DNA from: a virus
IMG/VR virus record: IMGVR_UViG_3300022891_000002
Span: 1-64,000 of that record
Length of the DNA: 64,000 nucleotides
Strand: one strand, 5' to 3'
Both the position numbers and the translations under genes were made by a program. Shown here one piece after another: positions 18,332 to 28,998 of the stretch. Under the pieces are notes generated by a model. That model was not told the DNA's origin. It did not search any database and saw only the letters and a list, made by a program, of their open reading frames with translations. The first letter of the stretch is position 1; every line of letters starts with the position of its first letter.

Positions 18332-18718
18332 CTAATAGTAATTCTTATCTATGCCTACAAAATCTTGATAGTACCAACTCCAATCTAAAGCAATATTGCT
18401 AAAACCTACTACTTCATTACAGTTTACATATATCTCTTCAAGAGAATTTAATATAGTAACTTCCTCTAACTTTCCGTTTTCATCTTCTCCTAACCAACCC
18501 GGGTAATAACTCTCTTTAGTAAATACTTCTGAAATATAAGAAGAATCAGTATCCGGTAACTTAGCTAAAGTATGTAGTGACCAACTAGGAATAAAATAAT
18601 CTTTAGTGGAGACGCATCTGTAATAACCAATCTCTACTAACTCATTATCTTTCACTCTCTTCTTATACAACTTTCTTCTAGAGTTTAGTATAAAACGTTC
18701 TTCTAGTTCTCTACGCAT
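18332..18718 (-). CDS. hypothetical, divergent member of same paralog family
   Basis: LYKKRVKDNELVEIGY...VNCNEVVGF. Confidence 0.6.
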   Translation of the reverse strand: MRRELEERFILNSRRKLYKKRVKDNELVEIGYYRCVSTKDYFIPSWSLHTLAKLPDTDSSYISEVFTKESYYPGWLGEDENGKLEEVTILNSLEEIYVNCNEVVGFSNIALDWSWYYQDFVGIDKNYY

Positions 18719-18827
18719 AATGTCACTCCCTCTTAACTATCACTATCATAGCACAACAACGTAACGACTAACTATGGATACTTAAAAGCTCCCGATTAAG
18801 AGAGCCTCATATTTTTCTATTTACTTA

Positions 18828-19160
18828 CTAAATACTAAAATTCATGTACTGATTGTAGTAAACAGCTATTCCATCATCAGTAATATAACCTGTCACTGGA
18901 TAATTAGAAGTCCTTAATGTATTTCTAAAATTTACCATTTGAGTAATAGAGTTTTTAGGAGCAAATTCTAATTTAACAAACTTATCTTTCTCGTCTATCT
19001 CTATATAAAACTTTGGGTCGAAATCATGTGGTATACAGTTACCAAGAGTCTTTTCAGCAGGTTCATCGAATTCTACCTGACCATATTCATCTACTTGACC
19101 TACTTTGACGTATTCTTTCATATTGTGCATTTTCTTGTACACTGGAATTTTATTTGTCAT
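18828..19160 (-). CDS. hypothetical, same paralog family
   Basis: VYKK..YVKVGQVDEYGQVEFDEP...VTGYITDDGIAVYYNQY. Confidence 0.65.
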   Translation of the reverse strand: MTNKIPVYKKMHNMKEYVKVGQVDEYGQVEFDEPAEKTLGNCIPHDFDPKFYIEIDEKDKFVKLEFAPKNSITQMVNFRNTLRTSNYPVTGYITDDGIAVYYNQYMNFSI

Positions 19161-19461
19161 GGATTTAGTTTCCTTTTGATTTGTTAACTTGATTATAGCA
19201 CAGCAGTATAAAGAGTAGAGGTAGATTTAGTAGAATTTGTGTAATGCTTTGAGTTTACCTTTTAGATTCCAACTTTTCATAGTTGCCTTTTTTCTTACTT
19301 CTTTACAGATATTATAAGAATTATTTTACTAAATATTGCAACTTTTTATTCACAAATCATCTTATACAAATTAAATAAAACCTAAAAAAGTTATCTCAAT
19401 ATACGTTTTTTTCAAAAATTAGATTATAATATTAATAGAGACAACAAAAAATGTATAACTC

Positions 19462-21219
19462 ATGAAAACAACGATTACGACTACTGCTGAGCAAAAATAC
19501 TTATCCGATGTTTTAGAAGAACTACCAATAGGTATCTTGAATAAGAAAATGCCAGGAGTAGGAGGTTCTCATTTAGCTCTTAACTCTCCACATAACTATC
19601 TAATAGTAGTTCCTACAAGAGATTTAATAGATAACAAACTATCTAACGCAAACAACAGTATTTATAAGCTATTCGGTATTTATGCCGGAATAACTAAGAA
19701 AGAATTCAAGGATTATATCAAGAGTAATGAGCTACATCACATATTAGTTACTTATGATTCTCTACCTAAATTAGTAAAGTGGTTAGTAGAATTAGGTATA
19801 AATGCTTATGACTACAGAGTTCTATTTGATGAGTATCATATGCTTCTTACTGAGATGGGCTATCGTAGTAAAGCTATCGAAACATTAGTAAGAGAAGCTA
19901 AGAACTTTAAGCACTATACATTTATGAGTGCTACTCCTATACCTGAGAAATTCTTACCTAGTATTTTAGCAGACTTACCTTATACAGAGATTCAATGGGC
20001 AAACACTAAAACGTTAGTACCTACTAGATTTAACTGTGGCAATGTATTTCAAGCTACTGTCAGATTACTAAAAGAATTAGAAGATGGATTAGACGGAGTA
20101 GAAGTAAAAGAGAGATTCATCTTTACTAATACTGTAATGGGCATTAGACAGATATTAGATAGTGCAGATTTAGACCCAAATGAAGTCAAGATAGTATGTG
20201 CCAATACAATTCGCAATGAGCAAGTCTTAGGTAATTATGAAATATCTACTATGACTGGAGAGAACAAGAAATATAACTTCTTCACTTCCAAAGGATTCCA
20301 AGGTTGTGACTTATTTAGTAAATCTGGTCTAGCAATCGTAGTTAGTGACTCTAAGAAGAAACATACATTAACAGATATTCAGACTACTCTATATCAAATT
20401 AGTGGAAGGATTAGAGATGTAGATAATGTATTTGCTGACCGAATCTTTCATATCTATACTACTGGCTATGCTACTCAAACTAGAGAACAATATGAAGCAG
20501 AGAAGAAAGAGATTGTATCTGATACTTTAGATTTAATTCATCTTTACAATCAATCTAAAGAAAGAGTAAGAGTTGCTTATTCTAAAAGAGGTAACATAGA
20601 TGATTACTTTATCTCTTTTAATGAAGATACAAAGTTACTTGAGTATAGTGACCTTAAAGAGAAATTTGCAGATTTTAATTATGAGTTAACTCAGCATACT
20701 TATACTAACGGACTATCTATAAGAAAAGCTTATGAAGATGCAGGTATCAGTGCAGGAAATCAAATACAAACTTCATTTTTAGATAGAGATATTCAGTTAG
20801 TAAAGAGAGTAACTAAAGTAGGTTTCAAGATTCTACTAGAACAATATATCGAATTAAGAGAAAAGAATGATGAAGAGGATGAGTTCATGATTCGTAGATA
20901 TGAATTTGAACATCCTATCTTTAAAGATGCTTATGAGAAGTTAGGCAAGAAGATTATTAATAGCTGTAAGTTTAGTGAGCGAGCCATAAAAGAGAGGTTA
21001 TATTCTGTATCGACTACTTCTATAGGAGCAGTTAAAGAATTACTAGGAGATAAGTTTAAATCAGGTCAGTTAGTACCTGCTAAAGAAGTTAAAGATGAAT
21101 TGCAAAATATTTACAATCTACTAAAGATTAATTCTAAAGCCAAAGCTACTGATGTAAGTAACTATCTAACTACTTCTATCGTTAATTCTAAAGGAACTCG
21201 GATGGTCAGCTTTAAGTGA
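19462..21219 (+). CDS. SF2 (DExH-like) helicase-domain protein, possible origin-binding/replication protein
   Basis: KKMPGVGGS (degenerate motif I), IVVPTRDLI (Ia), VTYDS (Ib), LFDEYH (II), MSATP (III), QISGRIR (VI). Confidence 0.8.
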   Translation: MKTTITTTAEQKYLSDVLEELPIGILNKKMPGVGGSHLALNSPHNYLIVVPTRDLIDNKLSNANNSIYKLFGIYAGITKKEFKDYIKSNELHHILVTYDSLPKLVKWLVELGINAYDYRVLFDEYHMLLTEMGYRSKAIETLVREAKNFKHYTFMSATPIPEKFLPSILADLPYTEIQWANTKTLVPTRFNCGNVFQATVRLLKELEDGLDGVEVKERFIFTNTVMGIRQILDSADLDPNEVKIVCANTIRNEQVLGNYEISTMTGENKKYNFFTSKGFQGCDLFSKSGLAIVVSDSKKKHTLTDIQTTLYQISGRIRDVDNVFADRIFHIYTTGYATQTREQYEAEKKEIVSDTLDLIHLYNQSKERVRVAYSKRGNIDDYFISFNEDTKLLEYSDLKEKFADFNYELTQHTYTNGLSIRKAYEDAGISAGNQIQTSFLDRDIQLVKRVTKVGFKILLEQYIELREKNDEEDEFMIRRYEFEHPIFKDAYEKLGKKIINSCKFSERAIKERLYSVSTTSIGAVKELLGDKFKSGQLVPAKEVKDELQNIYNLLKINSKAKATDVSNYLTTSIVNSKGTRMVSFK

Positions 21220-21260
21220 AATATATTTTTTATATTTTCTTATTTATTTATATCTGATTT

Positions 21261-21767
21261 TTGAAAAAAACATATAATGAAGAGGAGTATCTAGCAAGTA
21301 TTACCTCTTCACCAATCTACAAATTTATGAAACTTTACATTTATTTCCTCTACGATTCTAATAACATTTTACTTTATATAGGTAAAACTACTAATCTAAT
21401 ACTTAGACTTCAGAATCATTTCTCTAAGGAGAGTATAAAACTAGCACCTTGGAAAGAGACAGTTGATAAAGATAAAGTTATTGTCTATGAATGTGAAAAT
21501 ATTTGTGACTTAGATATCTACGAAACTTACTTCATAAACAAATATCAGCCACTACACAATATTGAGAAAGTATTTTTCTGTTCTACTACTTTTGATTTAC
21601 CTTATTTAGAACCAATAGAAATAAGAAAGCAGTATGAACAAGCTAGAGATGTAGTGGAGTTTTTAAAGGATTGTAAAAATGAGATGGTTAGAGATATTCT
21701 ACTAAACAACAGTGATAGTAATTACTTGATTAAAAGTGGAAGTAAACTAAAGCTAACTAGATTTTGA
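21261..21767 (+). CDS. GIY-YIG family endonuclease (start may be ATG ~21327)
   Basis: YIYFLYD..LLYIGKT..L..RLQNH...ETYFINKYQPLHN. Confidence 0.8.
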   Translation: MKKTYNEEEYLASITSSPIYKFMKLYIYFLYDSNNILLYIGKTTNLILRLQNHFSKESIKLAPWKETVDKDKVIVYECENICDLDIYETYFINKYQPLHNIEKVFFCSTTFDLPYLEPIEIRKQYEQARDVVEFLKDCKNEMVRDILLNNSDSNYLIKSGSKLKLTRF

Positions 21768-21870
21768 GTTCTACTTAGGATTTATGCTAAAAAAATAACT
21801 ACAAATCCTATCCATACTTTTTATATATTCTATTAACCTGGAATTATATTAGGTATGGATTTACTACTCT

Positions 21871-21891
21871 TTATCTACTTGTGTTATTATA
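21871..21891 (+). promoter_or_regulatory. extended -10 promoter, identical 21-mer repeated at 22614-22634
   Basis: TTATCTACTTGTGTTATTATA occurs twice upstream of genes. Confidence 0.55.
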
Positions 21892-21921
21892 TTATAAACA
21901 GCAACAAGAGAGCTACCTAAC

Positions 21922-22539
21922 ATGATTAAGTACGATTTGTTCAAGAATAGATTAGACAGTCTTCACACTAAAGCTACAGAAACAGATAACGTCTTAACTC
22001 TACAATCAATTATGGATGAGTATAAAAGAGTTACTGATGAGATGTTATATGAGTTAGGAAGGAAGAATGATAATAGTGAATTAATTTACAGAGTAATGGA
22101 AGATGGTAGAAAGATTAATATTGGATTCATGTTACCTAACGGAACTATCTATTATTATGATGAGACTGAGTTAGCTAAAAATGTTCCTTATGAGTTTTCT
22201 TTATCTGCAATGATAGATGTGGCTTTAAAAGATGGAGATGAGTATTACAGGATAGAAGTAGTACCAGTAGATGGAACGATTAGTTTATGTTGTAAAGCTA
22301 GAATTGTTTGTAGTTCAGATGATAAAGAAGAGTTTGATATTTGGTACTATCTACCTAGTGTAAGAGAATCATTTGCAAAGAGATTTGGTAATCAGTTTGA
22401 TGAGAGTTACTTAACTGATTATAGCTATGGGTTAGAAGGATTTATTAGGAATGGTTGGGAGAAGTCATATAGACCAGATTTTATACCCGACCCAATTGAA
22501 TATGCAGAGTGGAAAGCAAGTTTAGTAGTAAGTAAATAG
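21922..22539 (+). CDS. hypothetical protein
   Basis: ORF track; IYRV..INIGFMLPNGTIYY weakly resembles the 15-19 kb family. Confidence 0.65.
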   Translation: MIKYDLFKNRLDSLHTKATETDNVLTLQSIMDEYKRVTDEMLYELGRKNDNSELIYRVMEDGRKINIGFMLPNGTIYYYDETELAKNVPYEFSLSAMIDVALKDGDEYYRIEVVPVDGTISLCCKARIVCSSDDKEEFDIWYYLPSVRESFAKRFGNQFDESYLTDYSYGLEGFIRNGWEKSYRPDFIPDPIEYAEWKASLVVSK

Positions 22540-22623
22540 TCAATAACAAAAGAGGTAAGAGTAACTTTCATCTCCTACCTCTACAAATGATAACTATAAT
22601 TGTAGTCTACTTCTTATCTACTT

Positions 22624-23377
22624 GTGTTATTATATAGAAAACTGATTGAGAACAAGCCAGTGACAGATAAAGCTAAGACCGAACAAATCCATCAATACTA
22701 CATTTTTCGACTAGAAAGTTTATCTACAAATGATAGACAACTCTCTACTAATCATATAGAAGTAGAACTTAAGAATATTCATAAATTCTTCCACAGCTTA
22801 CTAGATTTAACTGAAAAAGATGTTAAAGAAGACTATTGTGTATTAGCTTCTAAGAAGAAAGATATGTTTACTCAAACATTAATTCCTAGTAAATAAATTA
22901 AAAAATATAACTAATAAATCAGCAGACTGGATTGATGGATTATCTAGTTACATCAACGAAGAAGGGGAACAAGTAGATTTAATTCTACCAGAAGATTTAG
23001 CCAAGTTAAAAGAGATAAATAAGATGACTAAACTAAGACATGACGGTGGAGAGAAGAAGTTCACAGATAAGATTGATAGTTTAATATTAGCTGTTAAGAA
23101 TGCTTCTACTCCAGAAGACAAAGAAAAAGCTATTAGTGAGAGAAATAACTATTTTGAAGACCAAGGACACTATGTAGTTAGACGAGGGGATAATAGGGAA
23201 GGAGCAATAGTTACTTATGCTATTTCTAACGTATTGTTTAACTCTGATTTAGATAGCTCAGATGACTTAATCTACTCTCTACTAATAATCTTAGATGAAG
23301 AGAAATATGATGTAGAAGAGTTTTGTAAAAAAGGTGAAAAGTTAGGATTGACTTATACATTTAAGGAAGTTGAGTAA
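22624..23377 (+). pseudogene. probable single gene split by a frameshift near 22883 (ORFs 22624-22896 and 23024-23377)
   Basis: frame of 23024 is open upstream to 22883 (FLVNKLKNITNKSADWIDG...), overlapping the end of the first ORF. Confidence 0.45.
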
Positions 23378-23382
23378 GAGTT

Positions 23383-23595
23383 ATGACTGAAGATAAAGAA
23401 TACGATTTTGAAGAGTTAAAGACACGTACAGTAGAAGCACTAAAAACAAGTAATCTATCTATTCGAGAGTTCCATTATTTTAAGGTAACTTTAGAAGATA
23501 GTAAGGGTAATAAAACTGAGCTTGGTCACTATCCAATATGTTTAGTAGATGAGTATAAACAGTTTGTAGAAGATAATTTACCTAAAGGAGAATAA
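23383..23595 (+). CDS. hypothetical protein
   Basis: ORF track. Confidence 0.6.
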   Translation: MTEDKEYDFEELKTRTVEALKTSNLSIREFHYFKVTLEDSKGNKTELGHYPICLVDEYKQFVEDNLPKGE

Positions 23596-23600
23596 TAATT

Positions 23601-23934
23601 ATGGCTACTACAACAGAGATGGAAATTCGTTTATTACACGAAGATATTGCTAGATTACATAAAGCAACTAAAGTAGAAGATAAGAAGAAACGAATATTTG
23701 AATGGTAGAGGTTATAAAGTAATTAATGTACTAGATATTAATGGTTATCATATAACTTACGCAATCCACGAGTATTTATTTGATAATAGAGTAATGCAAG
23801 GAAGAGACAAAGATGAAAATAACGAAGAAGATAGTTGGGCAGTTATCGAGTTAGGAGCTTATTACTTTGATGAAGAGAAGCATAGTGCAAAAGGAGAAAC
23901 TGTTTTCTTAGCTGGAGTAGAGCAACCTGAGTAA
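23601..23934 (+). pseudogene. frameshifted paralog of 23024-23377
   Basis: ATG 23601 frame LHKATKVEDKK stops at 23708; other frame continues RNEYLNGRGY..ITYAI..LFD, matching KNASTPEDKEK..RNNYFEDQGH..VTYAI..LFN. Confidence 0.55.
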
Positions 23935-24001
23935 GGAACTACTTCTATTAATTCTTTGTTATAACTAGATTACATGAAGTTTGACCTTCTAAATTTGCTA
24001 A

Positions 24002-24067
24002 GTAGCTGGGTGGTTCCCGGCTATTTTTATGACAAAAAGAGGTAAAAGTTATCCGGCTCTTACCTCA
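24002..24067. terminator. back-to-back terminators between convergent operons
   Basis: GTAGCTGGG..CCCGGCTAT-TTTT (+) and GAGGTAA..TTACCTC-TTTTT (-). Confidence 0.6.
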
Positions 24068-24091
24068 ACTAACTAACGAATTATCTGTACA

Positions 24092-24322
24092 TTATAGCTT
24101 TATAGGCTCTAAAACATAATAAACCCACAAAACTATTTCTTTATACTCAACTAATGCCCAACCCTGATTCTCTAACAGTTCTTCATCTTTTTTACTCATA
24201 ACTCCTAAATCTTCAACTAATATATCGAAAGTGAGTCTATCATCTTCTACTGTTATTCTTCCTTTTGGATGTGACCTAGCTAGTAATAGAAGTCCTTCAG
24301 CTATTTCTTGTGTTAATTTCAT
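24092..24322 (-). CDS. hypothetical, paralog of 24562-24795
   Basis: EGLLLL..HPKGRI...LLENQGW vs KGLNLL..YPKAKV...ILEDWDW. Confidence 0.6.
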   Translation of the reverse strand: MKLTQEIAEGLLLLARSHPKGRITVEDDRLTFDILVEDLGVMSKKDEELLENQGWALVEYKEIVLWVYYVLEPIKL

Positions 24323-24323
24323 A

Positions 24324-24644
24324 TTATTTACTAATAAACTCTTCGTATTTTATTTGACTACATCTAATTTCTTTAACTTCTACTAATCTTTCTTCTACTA
24401 ATTTCTGAATAAGACCTTGGTATTTTTCAATAGTAATATTTACATAAGTCTCTTTTTCTGTTTGTTTACTTATAGTACCTGTACCAATTTTATATCCTCT
24501 TTCTTCATATATAGGAATGGTAGACTTGCTATTAGCTAATTGATTTACCTTAGTTTGATATTCAATCATTGATAGTACCTTGTAGTTCAAATTCCCAGTA
24601 ATAAGTCTCTTCATAATAGTTAAGTCTCCAATCCCAATCTTCAA
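24324..24644 (-). CDS. hypothetical protein (true start likely further in)
   Basis: ORF track. Confidence 0.5.
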   Translation of the reverse strand: MKIGIGDLTIMKRLITGNLNYKVLSMIEYQTKVNQLANSKSTIPIYEERGYKIGTGTISKQTEKETYVNITIEKYQGLIQKLVEERLVEVKEIRCSQIKYEEFISK

Positions 24645-24795
24645 GTATCTTTTTAGTTTCAGGTACTAAATCATCTTCCATACCTCTTACATGGAGTTCT
24701 TCTCTAGAAAATCCCATTCTTACTTTAGCTTTAGGATATAGAGCTAATAGAAGATTTAGTCCTTTAATTAGATTTTGAGTTGATTCATCTTTCAT
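24562..24795 (-). CDS. hypothetical, paralog of 24092-24322
   Basis: see above. Confidence 0.6.
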   Translation of the reverse strand: MKDESTQNLIKGLNLLLALYPKAKVRMGFSREELHVRGMEDDLVPETKKILEDWDWRLNYYEETYYWEFELQGTIND

Positions 24796-24968
24796 AGTTC
24801 TATTCTCTTAAAGGTCTTTAAACAACCAAAATAACCAATTACCAAATCTGTTTAACCATTTTTTCATATCTATCTCTTTGTTGACTAAATACTCTTCATA
24901 TAAAGAACCAAATAGACATAATAGAAAACCAATTATTAGAACCAATACTGTGAACTGTAAATATATCA

Positions 24969-25487
24969 TTATCTAATTCCTTGAGTGTTAAAACCTTCAG
25001 GATATCTACTACCTAACTTCTTCTCAAGAATCTCATAACTATCAGACAAATCAAAGACTTCACTAATCATCTTAAGTGGTTCGATATATCCGTATAAAGA
25101 ATCAATTGGTCTGCTAGGATAATCTCTTACGTATTTCTTAGCTTTTTCTAAATGTTTGAGACTTTCTTGTAAGTATTCTTGTAAATCGGCTACATCAGAC
25201 TCAGGGAATATATAGTAGTAGTAATTTTCTTTCTTACTAAAATCAATATCTTCTAGTAGATGTTCAGTCTCTAGCATTAGGGAAATAGCTATTGTATACC
25301 AAACTACGTCTGCTAATTCTTCTTTAAAGTGTTCATAGCAGACATCATAAGCTTCTATTGTTTCTCCTATTTCTCCGACTAATCCCATGAAGTAAATAGC
25401 AATAGTTAGTCTATCGTTTTTATCAAGGGAGCTAGCTGTAGTTATTACTAAATTCTTGAGTTGTTCTATCATTGATTTAGAGTTCAT
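24969..25487 (-). CDS. MazG-like NTP pyrophosphohydrolase
   Basis: MGLVGEIGE...KEELADVVWY...KLGSRYPEGF. Confidence 0.75.
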   Translation of the reverse strand: MNSKSMIEQLKNLVITTASSLDKNDRLTIAIYFMGLVGEIGETIEAYDVCYEHFKEELADVVWYTIAISLMLETEHLLEDIDFSKKENYYYYIFPESDVADLQEYLQESLKHLEKAKKYVRDYPSRPIDSLYGYIEPLKMISEVFDLSDSYEILEKKLGSRYPEGFNTQGIR

Positions 25488-25815
25488 ATAATTTGTTCAA
25501 TTGGTCAATAGTAGATTTGTTATTCGCTTTCTTCTTCCACTCTTCTAAATAACTGTTATACTCATCTATTAACTTCCTAACTTCTTCTGAAGAGTTAGAT
25601 ACTAATGCAATCATTTCTAGTTTTATATTCTCTTCCCAGATTTGAATGATGTTATTAGAATGAAACCACGGTGCATTATCATATTGAATAAAAACTATCT
25701 TTCTAGAAGTTACTATATCTGGAACTGCTGCGTAAATAAAATTAGTTAACTTCTGTTCTACTGGAAATAAAGTGTTTTGATAAATGAAATGATTTGTGAT
25801 AGGTAGTATTTTCAT
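25477..25815 (-). CDS. hypothetical protein
   Basis: ORF track. Confidence 0.6.
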   Translation of the reverse strand: MKILPITNHFIYQNTLFPVEQKLTNFIYAAVPDIVTSRKIVFIQYDNAPWFHSNNIIQIWEENIKLEMIALVSNSSEEVRKLIDEYNSYLEEWKKKANNKSTIDQLNKLYEL

Positions 25816-26042
25816 GAATTTATCCAGTTATTGTATTTTTCGTCATCAGAGAATTTATATCCGTACTTTAAAGCTTCTTCTAGAAATAAACACTCTATCT
25901 TTCCACCTTCATCAGTTACGTAATTAACTATAACTATAGTTCCATAATCAGATTCTATTAGCTTTAGGATTTTGTAGACAGTAACTAAGATATCTACATT
26001 GAAGTGGTCTGAATGAATCGTTTGAACTAAGTATTTGTGCAT
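25812..26042 (-). CDS. hypothetical protein
   Basis: ORF track. Confidence 0.55.
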   Translation of the reverse strand: MHKYLVQTIHSDHFNVDILVTVYKILKLIESDYGTIVIVNYVTDEGGKIECLFLEEALKYGYKFSDDEKYNNWINS

Positions 26043-26130
26043 ATTAAAATAAAAAAGTAGTCAGCTAACCCAAACTAACTACTTAAACGTAAAAGGTCAA
26101 TTAGAGAGCTTAGTCTCTAGGTTATTACTA

Positions 26131-26940
26131 TTATACCTCTACTACTAATTGATATTGAAATTTATCATTGCTACCTTCTGTACTAGAACTATTGTTTGAA
26201 TAACTAATACAAGTGTCAGGAGCTTTTAAGTAGCCTCTTGGATTAGATATTGCGTGACATCTATCACTAAACTGATAATCTACACTTTCATGAGAATGTC
26301 CAAAAGTAACTAAATCAAACTTATCTAGAAATTTTCCAATCTCATTTAAATAGAAACAATTCATTTCGTTACCTACGTATTTCTCTGAGATAAATCTTGA
26401 GTGAGGAACGTGATGAGTAATTAGAACTTTCTTGCTTTCATCATCTGGTACGGACTTAATAAACTTAATAGCTTTTTTCGACCAAGTATCTGGAGCAAAG
26501 CAATCTTCTGAACGTTCTGACCTAATACAACGATAATCATTCATATAATACCTCATCATAGAAGTATCTACATTTTCTTCAAACCACAAGGTAGTCCCAA
26601 AGAAAGTAATGTCCTGCACTTGTATAAAATTATTCTCTAATACGTGGAGGTTAGGTCTGTACTTACATAACTTATTTATCTTCCCGTATACTTCTATAGG
26701 AGAACAACCATAATACTCATGATTACCTAAGATGTAGATAATATCTGAGTAACCTTTGCTTTCTAATAAATTAATAAAAGCATAGAGGTTAGTAATAGAT
26801 TTATCAGCTAAGCTACAAATGTCGCCAGCTAATATAAGTACATTAGAACTATTTCCCCAACTAATCTTATGTGCCAGTTCTACGGATTGGTCAGTTGATA
26901 AGAACTCTAAATGTAAATCAGAAACTACTTGTATCTTCAT
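26131..26940 (-). CDS. calcineurin-like metallophosphoesterase
   Basis: SDLH, LAGD, GNHE, THH, GHSH motifs. Confidence 0.9.
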   Translation of the reverse strand: MKIQVVSDLHLEFLSTDQSVELAHKISWGNSSNVLILAGDICSLADKSITNLYAFINLLESKGYSDIIYILGNHEYYGCSPIEVYGKINKLCKYRPNLHVLENNFIQVQDITFFGTTLWFEENVDTSMMRYYMNDYRCIRSERSEDCFAPDTWSKKAIKFIKSVPDDESKKVLITHHVPHSRFISEKYVGNEMNCFYLNEIGKFLDKFDLVTFGHSHESVDYQFSDRCHAISNPRGYLKAPDTCISYSNNSSSTEGSNDKFQYQLVVEV

Positions 26941-26943
26941 ATG

Positions 26944-28293
26944 TCAATCTACAAATTTGTAATATTGTTTAGTATCTTTATTTTCACTATCTAAGTCCGT
27001 AACTGTAAGAATTGATATACCTAAAAATCTATAATCGCCAGAAGCAGAAATCTCTTTAGCTTTATCTTTAGCTTTTTCTAAATCTCTGTACGCTAGTATT
27101 TTACAACTTCCATTATATTTAGCTAAATCTGGCCCTACAAATCGGTGAATCAGAATAAGATAATATGTCATTTATTCTTTCAATAATCACAAATTAAATA
27201 ACTAATAGTAAAATCTTCTAACTCTTTTATTTTCACGTCTAATTGTCTACATTCTTTGTAGTATTTAGCTTCCCAGACAGCAGATTCTTTTTCTGTATAA
27301 ACTAAAACTAATCCAGTTTCTTCATCTCTTATGTAATCGTTGTTTAGTAGAAGCACCCAGAATTTATCTATCAAAATTACTTCTTTATTAGGCATCATCA
27401 ATTATTATGTAATAGTTCTTATCTACATATTTTAGTTCTAGAGGAATTACTTGTGTCATTCTAAATTCAGAAAAGAGTTTATCAGCTTCTTTTTCAGCTA
27501 CTTCTTTCTTAGTGAATAAAACTATCTTATCTGATTCTTCTTCACATACGACATCCCAACCTAATTCTTCTCCACCAAGAACATCAGTATAGTGAATTAC
27601 CCAGTACATATTAATTACTCCTCGTTAATAGTTACATAAGGTCTTTCTGATGAGAGAATGCGATGAGGAATTACCTGAACTAAGTAATAAGTAGTAGATA
27701 TTTCACAGGCTTTACTTTCTGCTGTACTTCTATTACTAAATAGTTGAAGTCTAAATCCATCCGTAAATAGATGTGTTCCTGTATAATCTGTACATTGAAT
27801 TGCGTAAAGGTTCATTATTGGTTTCATGACTTAATTTTCAAGTTGATAGTAGTGTTTAATTTCAAGATTCTCGATATCTAACTCTAAAGTTGTACAAACT
27901 AAGACTGTCTTATAACCTTCTGAAGCCTTTACTTCTTGAGCTTTAGTTGCTGCATCATATAAATTTTGGAATAATAGCATCTGTCCACAACCCTCTGTAA
28001 TAACTATTGGACGAACTGAACCAAATCCTACAAGAAAATAATAAGTCATATCATTCATCTACTATTAAAAAGTTATGTGTTACATCTGGCCAATATTCTT
28101 GAACTACTACAAGGGTAGAATTAGTGCTAAGTTCATCAGCTACTCTTAGAGCATTTCTTCTATCTGTAAATACTAATAACTTATGGAGTATTGGGTCGCG
28201 ATACCAAATTGAGTCAGTCAAATCTCCGTCTACCCAAAAAGAACAAAGTAATGCGTAATAGTGAGGATAATCTAAGAGTGCTAATGGTGACAT
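26944..28293 (-). repeat. tandem array of six 70-80 aa paralogous CDSs (26944, 27180, 27388, 27615, 27831, 28051)
   Basis: shared pattern aromatic-rich strand...(L/V)(F/Y)xxxxxAxx(K/E)AxE(I/L)...VxV. Confidence 0.65.
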
Positions 28294-28295
28294 AA

Positions 28296-28607
28296 TTACC
28301 GTTTTATATTAGGAAGTAGTTTTTCTGATTGATAATTTCTACTAGGAGAATAATCAAAGTTAATCTGCTCCCTTAAGTCTGGAAAGAATATAGGAGTTAC
28401 TAATGCTGCTAATAGAAGTAAACCCCAAGGAAACGATTCTTTCTGAGGTGGAGGACTAAAAGGAGAAGATGAAAATGGAGAATTAGATATGTCTTTGAAA
28501 TTCACTCTATCTTTATCAAATAAACTTTTAGGGTCGAAGCTATTAGGAGATAATAAATCGAACTTGTGAGATAAATCTGTAACGTCAACTAAATATTTCT
28601 TGTTCAT
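28296..28607 (-). CDS. membrane-anchored hypothetical protein
   Basis: FPWGLLLLAALVTPIFF hydrophobic segment. Confidence 0.55.
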   Translation of the reverse strand: MNKKYLVDVTDLSHKFDLLSPNSFDPKSLFDKDRVNFKDISNSPFSSSPFSPPPQKESFPWGLLLLAALVTPIFFPDLREQINFDYSPSRNYQSEKLLPNIKR

Positions 28608-28996
28608 TGTGCTTCCTCAGTAAATAGTAGTAAAGTGTCTTCTAATTCTTTGAACATGGAAAGTTTACCTAAATTTAGGTAATTTCTCCAACCAGTTAGA
28701 ACATTTTTCTTATACATTGATTGTACATAAATCTCCTCGTGACTTCTTATCTCAAAAAATAAAGACCATTCTGTATCCCATGATAAGTGAACTCTTAAAG
28801 GTTCTTCTGTAATAACTACATCAATATTAGGAGCTGTTAGCTTTTGACTATATTTGTTATAAGTATGTACATAAAGAAATTCCCAGCATACTTCTGCATT
28901 AGTTATTAAATTCTTTAACTCTGTCTCAAGTTTTTCTAACTCTTTATACTTTTGACAATGGAGTTCTACCTTGACATCTAACAATGTGTTTTTCAT
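28604..28996 (-). CDS. hypothetical protein
   Basis: ORF track; weakly related to next two. Confidence 0.6.
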   Translation of the reverse strand: MKNTLLDVKVELHCQKYKELEKLETELKNLITNAEVCWEFLYVHTYNKYSQKLTAPNIDVVITEEPLRVHLSWDTEWSLFFEIRSHEEIYVQSMYKKNVLTGWRNYLNLGKLSMFKELEDTLLLFTEEAQ

Positions 28997-28998
28997 AC

